DNA of 64,000 nucleotides from Candidatus Krumholzibacteriota bacterium (GCA_963764625.1 CAVXTH010000008.1:1-64000); one strand, 5' to 3'. Positions 19,350-30,998 are shown, counted from the stretch's first letter. A program made the numbers and translations. Notes: generated from the sequence alone by a model not told the origin.

Positions 19350-21506
19350 TCAGGATGATGGTTCTTTGACATAATAAGCATTCTCGGCGTATTCGCGCAC
19401 CATGCGCTCGGCGCTGAACTGGGGAGTGATGGTGGCCATGCAATGCTTCATCCGCCGCACCCACTTCAGAGGAATCCCCTCCTCGTTCCGCTCGTAGTAG
19501 AGGGGAATGATCTCATTCTCGAGGGTTTCGTAGAGGGAAAGGCTGTCTTCGCGGTCCTGGGTTTCGCGATCCACGTAGTCCTTGGGTTGCCCGATGGTCC
19601 AGCCGTTCTCCCCGTCGTAGGCCTCGGGCCACCACCCGTCCAGAACGCTGAAATTGAGCGCCCCGTTCATGGCCGCCTTCTGCCCGCTGGTGCCGCTCGC
19701 CTCCATGGGCCGCATCGGTGTGTTCAGCCAGAGATCGACCCCTTGGACCAGAGCGCGCCCGATTCTCATGTCGTAGTTCTCCAGGAAGATGACCCTCCCG
19801 GCTAAGTCGCTCGTACGCGAAATCTGAAAGATGTGCTGGATGAGTTCCTGGCCCGGTCGATCGGCCGGATGCGCTTTTCCCGCCAGGAGAATCTGCACCG
19901 GGCGCTCCGAGTTGCAAACCAGGCTTCGCAAACGATGCATGTCGCGGAAGAGGAGGTCGGCCCGCTTGTAGGTGGCGAAACGTCGCGCGAATCCGATGGT
20001 GAAGATCTCCTCGTTGAGCCAGCCGTCGAGCTCTCGCAGTTCCTCCGGACTGTGCCCGTGACGCGCGAACTGCTGTCGCAACAATACGCGGGTGAACCGG
20101 GCCATGCGACGCTTCTGAATGAGATGCGCCATCCAGATCTCTTCGTCGGGAATGTCATCGATGGCCTTCCAGTCCTCCACCGTGAGCCGGCGCTCTTTCC
20201 AGCCGATCCCCAAGTAACGATTGTAGAGCTCGAGCAGATCCAGTCCGAGCCAGGTGGAGATGTGAACCCCATTCGTGATGCTTCCGATCGGCTTCGCCTC
20301 CGCCGTCACGTTGGGGTAGAGATGCCGCCACATGCCATTGCTGACTTCAGCGTGCAGTTTACTCACTCCGTTGGCGTGTCGACTGGCTCGAATGGCGAAG
20401 GCGGTCAGGTTGAAGGGTTGTTGTGAACCCGCGTAGTCATCCGAATTTCCCAGGTTCAAGAGCTCCTCGTAGCTCGTACCCAGGGCCTCCACCCATGGTT
20501 TCACGTACCGGCTCACCAATTCGCGATCGAAGACTTCGTTGCCCGCGGGAACCGGAGTGTGGGTAGTGAATACAGTATCGGCCCTGACTCTCTCGAGCGC
20601 TTGCTTCAGATCGAGCTTCTCGCGCTTCGCGAGCATCCGAATTCGCTCCAACTGCAAGAGTACGCTGTGGCCCTCGTTAAGGTGCCACACGTCGGGTTGG
20701 ATTCCCAGGCTATCGATGGCCTTGACCCCACCAACCCCCAGAACCAACTCCTGGATCAAACGCATCTCTCGGCCGCGCACGTAGAGGATGTTCGCGATGG
20801 GTCGATCGGACGGGTCATTTTGCGGAATGTCGGTATCCAGGAGTACCAGAGACACGCGCCCGACCTGCGCCAACCAGAGTTTCGCCGAGATTTCACGGTC
20901 GGGGAAGGGAATCCTGACCACCACACTACGCCCGGTGGGACCCGCGATCGGTCGCAGCGGCAGACGCGTGAAGTCGTAGTGCAGGTAGGTGTGTTGTTGC
21001 AGTCCGTCCGCGTCGATGGTCTGCGTAAAGTAGCCTCGCCGGTAGAGCAATCCCACCGCCACCAGGGGAATGCCGAGATCGCTCGCCGCCTTGAGATGAT
21101 CTCCGCTGAGAATTCCGAGCCCGCCGGAATAACCGGGAAGGCACTCGTGGACCCCATATTCCATGGAAAAGTAGGCCACACTGCGCGGTGTATCCCCGCC
21201 GAAGGTCCGCGAGTACCAGGAATCATCCTCGGACTCCAAGTAATTTTCGAATTCCCGAACCACCGACGCAAAGGTCGTCATGAAGGTTTCGCTCGTGATC
21301 AGCCGCTCCCAGTGATCTGGCTCCACGTTGATGAGCATCTCGACCGGATTGCGGTAGTGAGTCCACGCCACGCCGTCCACCGCGCTAAACAATCGACGCG
21401 CCCGCGGAGACCACGCCCACCACAGGTTGTAGGACAGCTCGTAGAGCTTGGCGAGTTCCTTGGGCAACTCGATATCTGCTACGTTGAGAGTGGGAATCCG
21501 CATCAA
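19350..21506 (-). CDS. glgP: Alpha-glucan (glycogen) phosphorylase, GT35
   Basis: YNLWWAW, AYFSMEYG, YSGGLGILSGDHLK, FARRFATYKR, EASGTSGQK (PLP lysine). Confidence 0.95.
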   Translation of the reverse strand: MMRIPTLNVADIELPKELAKLYELSYNLWWAWSPRARRLFSAVDGVAWTHYRNPVEMLINVEPDHWERLITSETFMTTFASVVREFENYLESEDDSWYSRTFGGDTPRSVAYFSMEYGVHECLPGYSGGLGILSGDHLKAASDLGIPLVAVGLLYRRGYFTQTIDADGLQQHTYLHYDFTRLPLRPIAGPTGRSVVVRIPFPDREISAKLWLAQVGRVSLVLLDTDIPQNDPSDRPIANILYVRGREMRLIQELVLGVGGVKAIDSLGIQPDVWHLNEGHSVLLQLERIRMLAKREKLDLKQALERVRADTVFTTHTPVPAGNEVFDRELVSRYVKPWVEALGTSYEELLNLGNSDDYAGSQQPFNLTAFAIRASRHANGVSKLHAEVSNGMWRHLYPNVTAEAKPIGSITNGVHISTWLGLDLLELYNRYLGIGWKERRLTVEDWKAIDDIPDEEIWMAHLIQKRRMARFTRVLLRQQFARHGHSPEELRELDGWLNEEIFTIGFARRFATYKRADLLFRDMHRLRSLVCNSERPVQILLAGKAHPADRPGQELIQHIFQISRTSDLAGRVIFLENYDMRIGRALVQGVDLWLNTPMRPMEASGTSGQKAAMNGALNFSVLDGWWPEAYDGENGWTIGQPKDYVDRETQDREDSLSLYETLENEIIPLYYERNEEGIPLKWVRRMKHCMATITPQFSAERMVREYAENAYYVKEPSS

Positions 21507-21533
21507 AGTACTCCTGGACTGCGGGAATTCGAA

Positions 21534-23123
21534 TCAGACGAACACACCATAGTCGATCCAAGAAAATATCGGATCGAGATAACGCAGTCGCTCGACTCTA
21601 TCCATGTCGATACGACCATCCTCGATCATCTGAGCCATGGCGTGAAAATTCGTGATGTGCTCGCGGAATCTGCGTACCGCGTACGGAACGGAGGTTTCCA
21701 TGCTCACGATGAACGCCCAATCCGAACTCTGTGCGAGTAGCAACTCACGGGCCGCTTGATCAAGCGCATCCTTGAGAATTCCTCCGGCGTCGGGATAGCT
21801 CTTGGCGAGAGCCTCCATGCGAAGCTCGGCCTCGTGTTGATGACGATAGAACCAGGCGTTGCTGCCGTTCAACCACACCCGGAAGTAACCTTCGTCACCC
21901 CAGGTGCTCATGTTCGGTACCTGTTCCTGCACCGCGAGCTCCCGGTCGATGTAATCACCAGGGGTGATCAGCTCGAGCTCGTCCTGTTGGGTCGCGGCCT
22001 TCCTCAAGAAATGCTCCAGGAACCACGGCCCCTCGAACCACCAATGCCCAAAGAGCTCGGCGTCGTACGGACTCACGATCAGAGGTGGACGATCCAAACC
22101 CCCAGCTAACCAACGCACCTGCGCTTGCCGATTGAAGAGAAAATTCCCGGCGTGGTCCTCCGCTCGCTGACGGGCCTGGTCCACGTCCCAGTAGGCTTTT
22201 TGGTGCAACGGCACCTCTCCGGTGACGCGATGATACTTTAGCCCGACGCCTCGGCGTACTCCATCATCGTGGAGAAACGGCCGGATGTATTCATAATTGC
22301 AGTCGTAGCCGAGGTCGCGATAGAACTCGCGGTACCACTGGTCGCCGGGATACCCCTCTTTCGAGCTCCATACTTGCTTGGAGGATGCGGGATCGCGAGG
22401 GAAGGCATAAACTCCGGCCGGGGTGCAGACCGGTGCGTAGAGTCCGAGCGCGGGGTGCGGCTCACCGAAGAGCACGCCATGACTGTCGGTGAAGAAGTAC
22501 TCGATGCCGTTCTGGGCGAGAATTTCGTCCAGACCCTCCTGCCAGCCACACTCCGCCAACCAGATTCCGCGCGGATCACGCCCGAAGGCCCGGCGGTAAC
22601 TCTCCACCCCCACTCTGACCTGCGCCCGCTTCGCGTTCAGGGTGGACATCGTGGGAAGCAAACCGTGGGTGGCGGTGCAGGTGACTAACTCGACGCGGCC
22701 GGTATCTTGCGCGTGCCGGAGGGCGTCCCTGAGGTTTCCACCCCAGCGGTCTTCCACGTAGAGCCTGGTCTCACGGAGCCACTCCGCGTAGAAACGGGCC
22801 GTCTTTCCCAGAGGGCTGAACTCGGGATGTCCCGCCACTTCCCGCGCTGCCAGATCCTGCAATTTTTGCAGGTGACGGCGGTAGCGGGTTTCCAACAGGG
22901 GATCGGCCAGCATCGACGCGAGAGAGGGAGTGACCGTCATGGTAAGCCTAGAGGCGATGCCCTCGAGGTCCAGCGTGTCGAACGAACGCAGCAGTGGGAC
23001 GTAACATTCGGTGATGGCCTCGAAAAGCCAGTCCTCTTCCAGAAAATCCTCGTGCTCTGGATGGCGCACGTAGGGAAGATGCGCGTGAAGAACCAAGGCC
23101 ATGGAGCCGACCGGGTAATTCAT
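21534..23123 (-). CDS. GH57 1,4-alpha-glucan branching enzyme (DUF1957 type)
   Basis: LVLHAHLPYVRHPE, EEDWLFEAITECY, GIWLAEC, PYDAELFGHWWFEG, ELLLAQSSDWAF; ATG 23123 overlaps the glgA stop (ATGA). Confidence 0.93.
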   Translation of the reverse strand: MNYPVGSMALVLHAHLPYVRHPEHEDFLEEDWLFEAITECYVPLLRSFDTLDLEGIASRLTMTVTPSLASMLADPLLETRYRRHLQKLQDLAAREVAGHPEFSPLGKTARFYAEWLRETRLYVEDRWGGNLRDALRHAQDTGRVELVTCTATHGLLPTMSTLNAKRAQVRVGVESYRRAFGRDPRGIWLAECGWQEGLDEILAQNGIEYFFTDSHGVLFGEPHPALGLYAPVCTPAGVYAFPRDPASSKQVWSSKEGYPGDQWYREFYRDLGYDCNYEYIRPFLHDDGVRRGVGLKYHRVTGEVPLHQKAYWDVDQARQRAEDHAGNFLFNRQAQVRWLAGGLDRPPLIVSPYDAELFGHWWFEGPWFLEHFLRKAATQQDELELITPGDYIDRELAVQEQVPNMSTWGDEGYFRVWLNGSNAWFYRHQHEAELRMEALAKSYPDAGGILKDALDQAARELLLAQSSDWAFIVSMETSVPYAVRRFREHITNFHAMAQMIEDGRIDMDRVERLRYLDPIFSWIDYGVFV

Positions 23124-25138
23124 CGTGGGACCCCCTTTCGGAGCCTTCGGACACGAGACGAACCCGAAGGTTCCCAATGTTCCTCGAGTCCGTAGGATGG
23201 AATCTCCTCGCCGTTAGTCAATGCCTGCCGCCGCTTCGCGGCGAGATGGCGTCTGCGCCTCTCCTCCGCTTCGATCCAGCGCGCATCGTGATTGGGTGAA
23301 GCCGAGTCTCGCGGCGTCGTTACCAGATTGCTCTGCAGGACAAGGCGGCCTTCTTGATCGTGGATTCGTACCCGGTAGCTGCGAGCGGGGGAGGTGCCGA
23401 TCCAATGCTCTCCGACTTCGCCGTACTCTCCTCCTTCGGTCCAGCTCTCCCCTTCGCGTTCGACCTGCAGACTCAAGGGTAGGCTGGCTCGTCCCGGTGC
23501 GACTTCCCAGTACACGTAGAGTTGGGTCGGGGACTGAACCATGAGCCGGATCCGGTCTTTGTGATAGCGCTCGGGAAGAGTCGGTCCCCAATCAATGAAC
23601 GGAGCCGACGGGGCGTATGTGGTCTTTCCGGCCATCGGCAATTCGACGGAGAAGCGCCACGGCTTGTGTTCGAAGATCTTGCGATAGAGTTCCTCATACG
23701 AGGGCAGTGCGTTCTCCCAGGACCAATCCTGGTCCATGACGGTGCGCATCAGACGAGTCCACTTCTCGTGATTTCCATAGAGTTTGAGCGCGCGGTTGAG
23801 ACATAGCGAGAGCGCCCGGGAGGTTTCAGTATTGAAGACGAATCCGGTTGCGCGCCCCGCCGATAGAGAGGCTGAGGTAGCGCCCCGCACCGTATCCGCC
23901 AGTCCGCCGACTCGATGCACCACGGGAATGCTGCCGTAGCGCATGGCCTGCATCTGGGTGAGACCGCAGGGCTCGAAGCGCGAGGGCATTATGATCATGT
24001 CCGCGCCGGCGAGAACGCGACGCGCGAGAGTGCGTTCGAAACCCACGTAGATGACCATCTGTCCCGGAAAGCGCTCCGCGAGCTTGCGTCCGCGCTCCTG
24101 CAATTCCTCGTCTCCGCTCCCCATGATGACCAGTTGAGCGCCCTTGGAGAGAATGGAAGGAGCCGCATCGTAGATAAGATCGAGGCCCTTTTGCGGGACC
24201 ATGCGGCCCAGGAACGCGAGCAGCGGAGCGCGAGGACCTCCGGCGAGTCCGAGATCCTTGCTGATCCGGTCCTTGCACACTCGCTTTCCTTCAAGATGGT
24301 CGCGATCGTAGGTGCGGCTGATGAGCGAATCGTCCGCGGGATTCCATTCCTCGTAGTCGAGTCCATTGAGGATTCCGTGCAAGCGATCGCGACGCAGCCG
24401 CAGGAGAGCGTCCATTCCCCGACCCTCGGCGGGAGTGAGGATCTCCTCGGCGTACCGCGGACTGACGGTGTGCAGCGCATCCGCGAGCAGAATACCTCCC
24501 TTGAGCCAGCTGACTTCGTCCTCGTGCCCCAGTAGATTCCACAATCCCAACTCCCGCGAGAGCCCGAGCGCGTCGAGCGTGTAGCTCTTGAAACAGCCCG
24601 GATGCGCCAGATTGTGAATGCTCTGGATGACTCTCACCTGCGCGAGCGCGGGATCGTTGCGGTAGTGAGTAGCCAGAAGGACGGCGGAGAGCGCCGCGGT
24701 CCAATCGTGGAGATGCAGAACCTGGAAGTTCCATCGCTTGGCGAGTTCGCAGGCAGCCTTCGCCAGCACCGCGAAGCGCAGGTGATTGTCGGGATAATCG
24801 AAACCTTTCTCGGCGTAGATCCCATCGCGGTCGTAGAGTTCGTCGCAGGCCAGGAAATGAAGCGTCAGACCGTCGCTTCCGCTCGCGCTGAGCACCTGGG
24901 TGTCGTAGTCGCGGCCGGCGAGTTCGACGCTCAGAAGCGTCGCATCGAAAAAATCCGGTTCGTTCGGCCCGTTCTTGACCGTGCGATAGTAGGGAAGCAG
25001 GATCTCGACCTGCCATCCCGCGGCGCACAACCGTCCGGGCATGGCTCCCACCACTTCAGCCAGGCCGCCAGTGGAGGCGAAGGGAGCCGCTTCGGGACTG
25101 ACCCACAGAATGCGGGGGCGTGAAGTGATTTCGGTCAT
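23120..25138 (-). CDS. glgA: Glycogen synthase GlgA (GT5) with a C-terminal DUF4912-like extension
   Basis: PFASTGGLAEV, HLHDW, GILNGLDYEEWNP, MPSRFEPCGLTQMQAMRYG; roughly 180 extra aa including 'LPERYHKDRIRLMVQSPTQLYVYWEV'. Confidence 0.9.
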   Translation of the reverse strand: MTEITSRPRILWVSPEAAPFASTGGLAEVVGAMPGRLCAAGWQVEILLPYYRTVKNGPNEPDFFDATLLSVELAGRDYDTQVLSASGSDGLTLHFLACDELYDRDGIYAEKGFDYPDNHLRFAVLAKAACELAKRWNFQVLHLHDWTAALSAVLLATHYRNDPALAQVRVIQSIHNLAHPGCFKSYTLDALGLSRELGLWNLLGHEDEVSWLKGGILLADALHTVSPRYAEEILTPAEGRGMDALLRLRRDRLHGILNGLDYEEWNPADDSLISRTYDRDHLEGKRVCKDRISKDLGLAGGPRAPLLAFLGRMVPQKGLDLIYDAAPSILSKGAQLVIMGSGDEELQERGRKLAERFPGQMVIYVGFERTLARRVLAGADMIIMPSRFEPCGLTQMQAMRYGSIPVVHRVGGLADTVRGATSASLSAGRATGFVFNTETSRALSLCLNRALKLYGNHEKWTRLMRTVMDQDWSWENALPSYEELYRKIFEHKPWRFSVELPMAGKTTYAPSAPFIDWGPTLPERYHKDRIRLMVQSPTQLYVYWEVAPGRASLPLSLQVEREGESWTEGGEYGEVGEHWIGTSPARSYRVRIHDQEGRLVLQSNLVTTPRDSASPNHDARWIEAEERRRRHLAAKRRQALTNGEEIPSYGLEEHWEPSGSSRVRRLRKGVPR

Positions 25139-27542
25139 CGTACACCTTCCAGGATTGACTGCACGAGATCTTCGCTGATCCCTAGTTGCCGTCCCACCAC
25201 CTTCGCGCTCTTGTGCGACGCGAGAGCCGATCCCAACTCGAAGAACCGCTCCTGTGCGCGATAGAGTTGAAGAGGAATTCCCAGCTCGTCGACCCAGCCG
25301 AGAATGCTCTCGATTCTCTCCAGCTCCACGCGATCGAGAAGCTCACGATGACCGCTTCCACTTTCGAACGGGAAGCTGACCAGTCGATGTCCATTCCGCA
25401 GCTCCGAGCCAACTCCGCGCTCTTCTTCAGCTCCTCGAGCGCTCCATCGGTGCGACTGGATAGCACGCGCCAAAGTGATTCCGAAAGGGCGGCGTCGAGG
25501 GAAATGCGAGCTAACTCGCTCAAGAGATTCTCTTCGTCCAGGCCCAGACGTTCGACCCCGGCTAGCAGATATTGATGATCGTGATGAAGCCGGGACAAGC
25601 TTCGCTGGAAGTTCTCGTAGCTCCGCTCGATGAGCGGCGCCAGCAACTCCCTTCCCCCTCCGCGCAACAGGCTCTCGGAGTTGAACTTGAGATCGTTGAA
25701 TTCGTCTTCGAGAACGGCGGCTTCCCTCGCTTCGGCGAACGCTCCCCCGAGCCGGCGCCCCGCCGCACCGAAATCCTCTTCGCTCATGTTCAGTGCAACG
25801 TGAGCCTGAAGATCGAGATCGCCCTTCTCGAGAACGGCAACCGCTCCAAAGAAGGTACGTTGGGTTTGGGACAACTGCACGGCGACGCGACCGGTGTGAA
25901 GGAGACAACCCTCTCTCTCTTGCCGCTCGCGAGTGGAGACCTCCCAGTTCCATTCACCGGCTCCGCCCCTGACGCGCTGACCCTCATCGGTGCGCAGAAG
26001 AGCGTGGACGAGGATTTGCCGCGGATCGACCGTATCCGAGGTGACGATCCCGCGGAACAGCTCGGTGCCGTTTCCCACCTGGGCGAGGTTACTCTTCGCT
26101 TGCGTCAACTCCTCGAGGAACGCGCTAGCTGGCGGCTCTCCACCCAGTTCGGTCCAAAGATCGATCGCTCTGGCGGAATAGCGGAGGACTTGGCGGGATT
26201 CGAGCCCGCCGATGTCGTCGAAGAACCAACCGCAGCTCGTGTATTGCAGCATGAGCTGATGCTGCATCTCCAGGAGCGAGAGCGCGCGCACTCGCTCTTC
26301 GTCAGTAAGTTCGCCGCGTCCATGTTCGCTCAAGAGCGCATGACAGTATTCACGACTCGGATGTAACAACACTCGAATGTAATCGTCGCGCGCGGACCAG
26401 GGATCGTGGAAGAGCTTCCCCGCCTCTGCCTCGAAATAGGGCCGCGCTTCATCGCGCAATACATCGGCGGCCCGCCTCAAGTACGTCCTCCAGCCCTGAT
26501 TCCAGCCTTGCTTGTGGGAAACGCTGCACCCACAATCTCGTATCCAACGGCTCACGCCGTGCTCGCAGCTCCAGGAACTTCCCTCACCTTCTCCGCCCAG
26601 ATCGAGCTCCACCTCCCAACTCGGCGGACACACGTCGAGCGCGTATCCGTAGTTGGTCACCCGGTATCCCTCTTTAGGAAGAACGCGAGTGAGGGCGTGC
26701 GAGAGCACACGATCGCCCCAGGCGTGGTGATGACCCGCGGATTCGCCGTCCGTGGCCAGGTGCACGAGTGGGCCGGCGTCCGTTTTCCGCGTCGCTTCGA
26801 AAACATGCTGCGTGAAGCGACTGGTTTCGTTCAATGCGTCGCCGAAAGCGACTTCGTGCGCGAGCGGTCCGTCGTAGAAGAACACCGTGATGCCGCGACC
26901 ACTACCATCGCGATGGTGATAGAGATAGGGCTGCGAACAATCGATCTTGGCTCCGCTGAGGTCTTTCCACCTCTTGGTTCCGAGGGGGCGAATTCGAGCC
27001 GCCTGCCGAGGAGAGAGAATCACGAATCGCATGCCCTGCTCGATGAGTTCATCGAGTACTTCGTGATTCGCCGCGGTCTCGGGCAGCCACAAGGCTTCCG
27101 CGTCGCGCTCGAACTGGTCCTTGAACGCCGCGAGACCCCAGGAGATTTGCGTCGTTCGATCTCTCCGGTTCGCCAGGGGCAGAATCATGTGGTTGTAGGC
27201 CTGGGCGATCGCGTTTCCGTGCCCGCCGTTCGCCTCCGCGCTCTTTCGATCCGCCGCCACCATGCGCTCCAGAGTGAGCGGATCGTGCTTCTTCAACCAC
27301 CGCACGAGGGTCGGGCCGACGTTGAAGGAAATGAACTGGTAGTTGTTCACGATCTCCGCCACGAGCTGCTTCTCGTCGAGAACCCGGCCGTAGGCGTTGG
27401 GGCGATAGCACTCCTGGTCGACGCGCTGGTTCCAGTCGTGGTTGGGCGCGGCGCTTTGCTCCCTCGAGACCAGGCCGGTCCACGGATTCTCCCGCGGAGG
27501 CTGGTAGAAATGACCATGAAAGATGAAGAGTCTCTCTGACAT
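25135..27542 (-). CDS. GH57 protein with DUF3536 domain; apparent frameshift ~25345
   Basis: HGHFYQPPRENPW, AYNHMILPL, WLPETA, ATDGESAGHH, SWSCEHGVSRW, YTSCGWFFDD; shifted frame ends at 25135, coupled to the glgA start. Confidence 0.88.
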
Positions 27543-27566
27543 CGACTCACTCCGGATTCTTCAGAC

Positions 27567-29755
27567 TCAGCCGTCGAGGGTTTCGTCGGCCATCGCGGGC
27601 GCCGAGGGAATCAGACGAAGCTTCAGGCGCAGCCGATCTTCGACGAGCCAGTCGAAGACGAAGCAGCTTCCCTGACCGATTTTCTCCAGGCCCGCTTCGG
27701 AGGAAGAAACCGTGTGCACTGGCGCCCAGCGAAGGTGCGCCGGGGGGCTAAGCTTTACTCCCAGCTTCCGATCTCCTCCACCGCGCACCCGCAGGTGCTC
27801 GCAGTTCTCCTCTTCGCCGTAAGGGGCGGATTCGTACGCGCGACCCGCTTCGCCCTCAATCAGCTCGTCCAGCTCGTCGTTTCCTCCGCCCTTCGCGTAT
27901 TCGAGGTCTTCAGGGGTCCAACCGACGAACAGATTCCATTCGCTCAAGAATCTCCGGGGACCCTGCAGTGCCACCACTTCGATCTCGAATTCGAGCGACG
28001 CGTCCTGAGCGTTAATGTGTGTCGTCTGAGTAACGCGCAGTCCGTGCTGCTCGGTGTGCATGGTGATCATTCCGCTATCATCGACACGGACGATGTCCCA
28101 GCGTGCGTCCAGTCGTGACGCGCATGCGTCCAGCTCGCGGGGATCTTCGATCATCACTTCGGCGGGAGCCGACCAGGCGATGGCCGCGACTCTCCCGTGG
28201 GTGTCGACCCTCAGATCGCTGGTGTCCACGCCTGGCTTGACTCTCAGCTGGCCGTGAATGGTCGACACTTCGCTCTCGGCTTCCTTCGAATCGAGTTCTT
28301 TTCCCTCTTCGTCCACGTAGATGACGTTTCCCTGGCGCAGCGCCTCGTGGAAGGGCTCTTCGTGCCGTTGCATCACCGTGACCCAGTTCTCGCAGGCATC
28401 GCACAGGTCCCAGCTCAAGAGCCTGCCGCCCTTCGGGTCGAGAACGAGGTGGGTGTGCGGATTGGCAAGCTCGGCTTCATCGGCTCCGTCGGCGTCGAAA
28501 TCGACAAGGCGGGCCGTGGTCCAATCGAAATGCCCCTTGTCCAATCGGTCGAGAGTCCGCTCGGCGCGGATGAGCGCGCTCTCGAGCGCGCGGCGGAGAT
28601 GGGGCAGATAGAGCCCTCCGAACACCCCGTGCCAGTACGCATCGTTGCACTGACCCCGGTAGAGATCGCGGAGGGCTTCGCCCAGCCGTGCATCGCTCGT
28701 GCCCTTGTCTCTTATGTCACGGTGCTTTCGGCTCACCCGCAACATCCGCTTGTGGAGCCGGTTCGATTCGGGATACTTGGCGAGAAAGCCACGCCAGTGG
28801 CCTCCGCGTAAAAAAGGAAGCAATCCGGCCGGATCGTCGTTCTCGAGCCGGTGGAGAAGGATCTCCATTCTCGACCGCGCCTTCGTGGGCATGGCCCACA
28901 CCGTCAGTTCCGGATAACTCGCGGCCGGAGGATAGACCCGGCCCAAAGGCACGTGCGCTCGAGATGATCCTTCAGATGCACGAGCGAGATGGAGGAATCC
29001 TCGCGTAGCCGTTCCAAGAAGTCCCGCAACCATCCCTTGGTGAAAACCCATTCGTGCGTGCCGGGCCACTCGCCGAATTTTTCCGCGTCGTCAGCGTAAA
29101 CCACGAGCGGGGGATTCGCCCCAAGGCGCGGCAACTCGTGCACGAGCTTCAGGGATTCTGCCGGCGGCCGGAAGGGAATGGTGTAGCGCAGCGCTTTCGA
29201 GGCCGGGAAGAGCGCCAAAGGCAACCCGCTGTCGTCAGTGACATAGTGACCCGTCATTTCGTTCGGCTCGATTCCGGCCCAACGGAAGATCGTGTCGTCC
29301 AGGATGACGTAACGGACTCCGGCGCGCGCGAGCGGGTTGGGCAAGCGGGGCTCCCACACCCGTTCGGTGAGCCACGCCCCTACCGGAATCTGACCGAATC
29401 GCTGCTCGAGCTCCAGACTGAGCGCCCGCACTTGACCGATCGCGTCCTCTTCGGGCAGAACTCCCAGGATGGGTTCGCAGAGACCGCCGGTGAGAAGTTC
29501 GACGCTTCCCCGTCGCACCATGCGTTCCAGGATGCGCAGGATTTCGGGATGGTGCCGGTCGAACCACTCCAGGAGAATCGCGTTGAAGTGGAGATGCAGT
29601 TTGAGCTCGGGATAGTCGAACAGGAGCTCCAGAAGCGGCGCGTAACACGAATCGGTTACTTTCTCGAAGACCTCACCGAAGTTTCCCACCGGCTGGTGGA
29701 AATGCAACACGAACGCAAGGTGGGACCGTGTGCTGATCTCAGAGATTTCGTGCAC
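27567..29755 (-). CDS. GH57 alpha-amylase/4-alpha-glucanotransferase (DUF1925/DUF1926); apparent frameshift ~28960
   Basis: N-half HFHQPVGNF, WLTERVWEP, DDAEKFGEWPGTHEWV; C-half GRVYPPAASYPEL, KYPESNRLHKRM, QCNDAYWHGVFGGLYLPHLR, SSSEAGLE. Confidence 0.88.
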
Positions 29756-30998
29756 GATTTTCCGGCGAGTCCTTTCCCCTCGGAATGGCGATGACGCCCC
29801 CCGGAGAGACGTGGAAGCGCTCCTTGTCGCGGTCCAAATCGAAACCGATCTTTTCGTGGGGTGCGATGTGGTTGTTCTTGTCTACGATGACGTTGCGCAG
29901 ATTGACTCCGCGATCGATCCAGCAGTTGTCCAGGATGATGCAGTTTTCGACCATTGCTCCTTCGTCGACGAGAACGTTGCGCCCCAAAACGGAGTCCTTT
30001 ACGTATCCGCCGGAGAGAATGCAGCCCCCAGCCACCGTCGACTGCACTGCCTCGCCTCTACGACCGTCCTCATCGAAGACGAATTTTACCGGCGGATCGC
30101 TGTAGCTGACCGTTCGGATGGGCCAATCCCAGTTGTACAGGTTGAGACGCGGCTGGACGTTCTTCAGGTCGAGATTGGACTTGAAGTACGCGTCGAGAGT
30201 TCCGATGTCGCGCCAATACGCCGACTCCTCCACGCTCTCTAGCGGAATACGGTTGCGCTTGAAATCGTAGGCGTAGACCGGCATGAGGTGGATCATCTTG
30301 GGCAAGATGGACTTGCCGAAATCGTGCAGGGACTCGGGGTCCCCAGCGTCTTCCTCGAGGTAATCGACGAGAGTGTGCGTGTTGAAGATGTAGTTGCCCA
30401 TCGAGACCAGACTGTAGCCGGGACGACCCGGAATCTCCGAGGGCGTTTCGGGCTTCTCCTCGAAGCCGCTGATGCGCCCATCCTCTTCCACTTTGATCAC
30501 CCCGAAGGATTTCGCCATGGAGGACCTCACCGGCAGACAGGCCACGGTGGCCACCGCGCCGGCCTTTCGGTGGAAATCGATCATCTGCCGCACGTTCATC
30601 TTGTAGATGTGATCGGCGCCGAATACCGCGACCAGATCGGGGCGCGAGCGATCGAACAGGCGAATGTTCTGGCGGATGGCGTCGGCGGTCCCACGATACC
30701 ACGCGTCCCCGGCTTGCATCTGTGCCGGCACCGCGGTGATGAAACTGGTGGGACTAAAGACGCGCACCCAGGCCATCTGGAGATGCTCGAGCAGCGATTG
30801 CGCCTTGTACTGCGTCAGTACGTAGATGCTCTGCACGCCTGAATTCACCAGGTTGCTCAGGACGAAGTCGATGATCCGCCATTTTCCGCCGAATGGCACT
30901 GCGGGTTTGGACCGTTCGAGGGTCAGAGGGTACAGGCGTTGGCCTCGCCCCCCGGCCAGGACCACCGCGAGAACTCTTGCTTCCCGCTCCACGACCAT
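29739..30998 (-). CDS. glgC: Glucose-1-phosphate adenylyltransferase
   Basis: VLAGGRGQRLYPLT, KPAVPFGGKWRIIDF, WYRGTADA, DHIYKM, YWRDIGT. Confidence 0.96.
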   Translation of the reverse strand: MVVEREARVLAVVLAGGRGQRLYPLTLERSKPAVPFGGKWRIIDFVLSNLVNSGVQSIYVLTQYKAQSLLEHLQMAWVRVFSPTSFITAVPAQMQAGDAWYRGTADAIRQNIRLFDRSRPDLVAVFGADHIYKMNVRQMIDFHRKAGAVATVACLPVRSSMAKSFGVIKVEEDGRISGFEEKPETPSEIPGRPGYSLVSMGNYIFNTHTLVDYLEEDAGDPESLHDFGKSILPKMIHLMPVYAYDFKRNRIPLESVEESAYWRDIGTLDAYFKSNLDLKNVQPRLNLYNWDWPIRTVSYSDPPVKFVFDEDGRRGEAVQSTVAGGCILSGGYVKDSVLGRNVLVDEGAMVENCIILDNCWIDRGVNLRNVIVDKNNHIAPHEKIGFDLDRDKERFHVSPGGVIAIPRGKDSPENRARNL

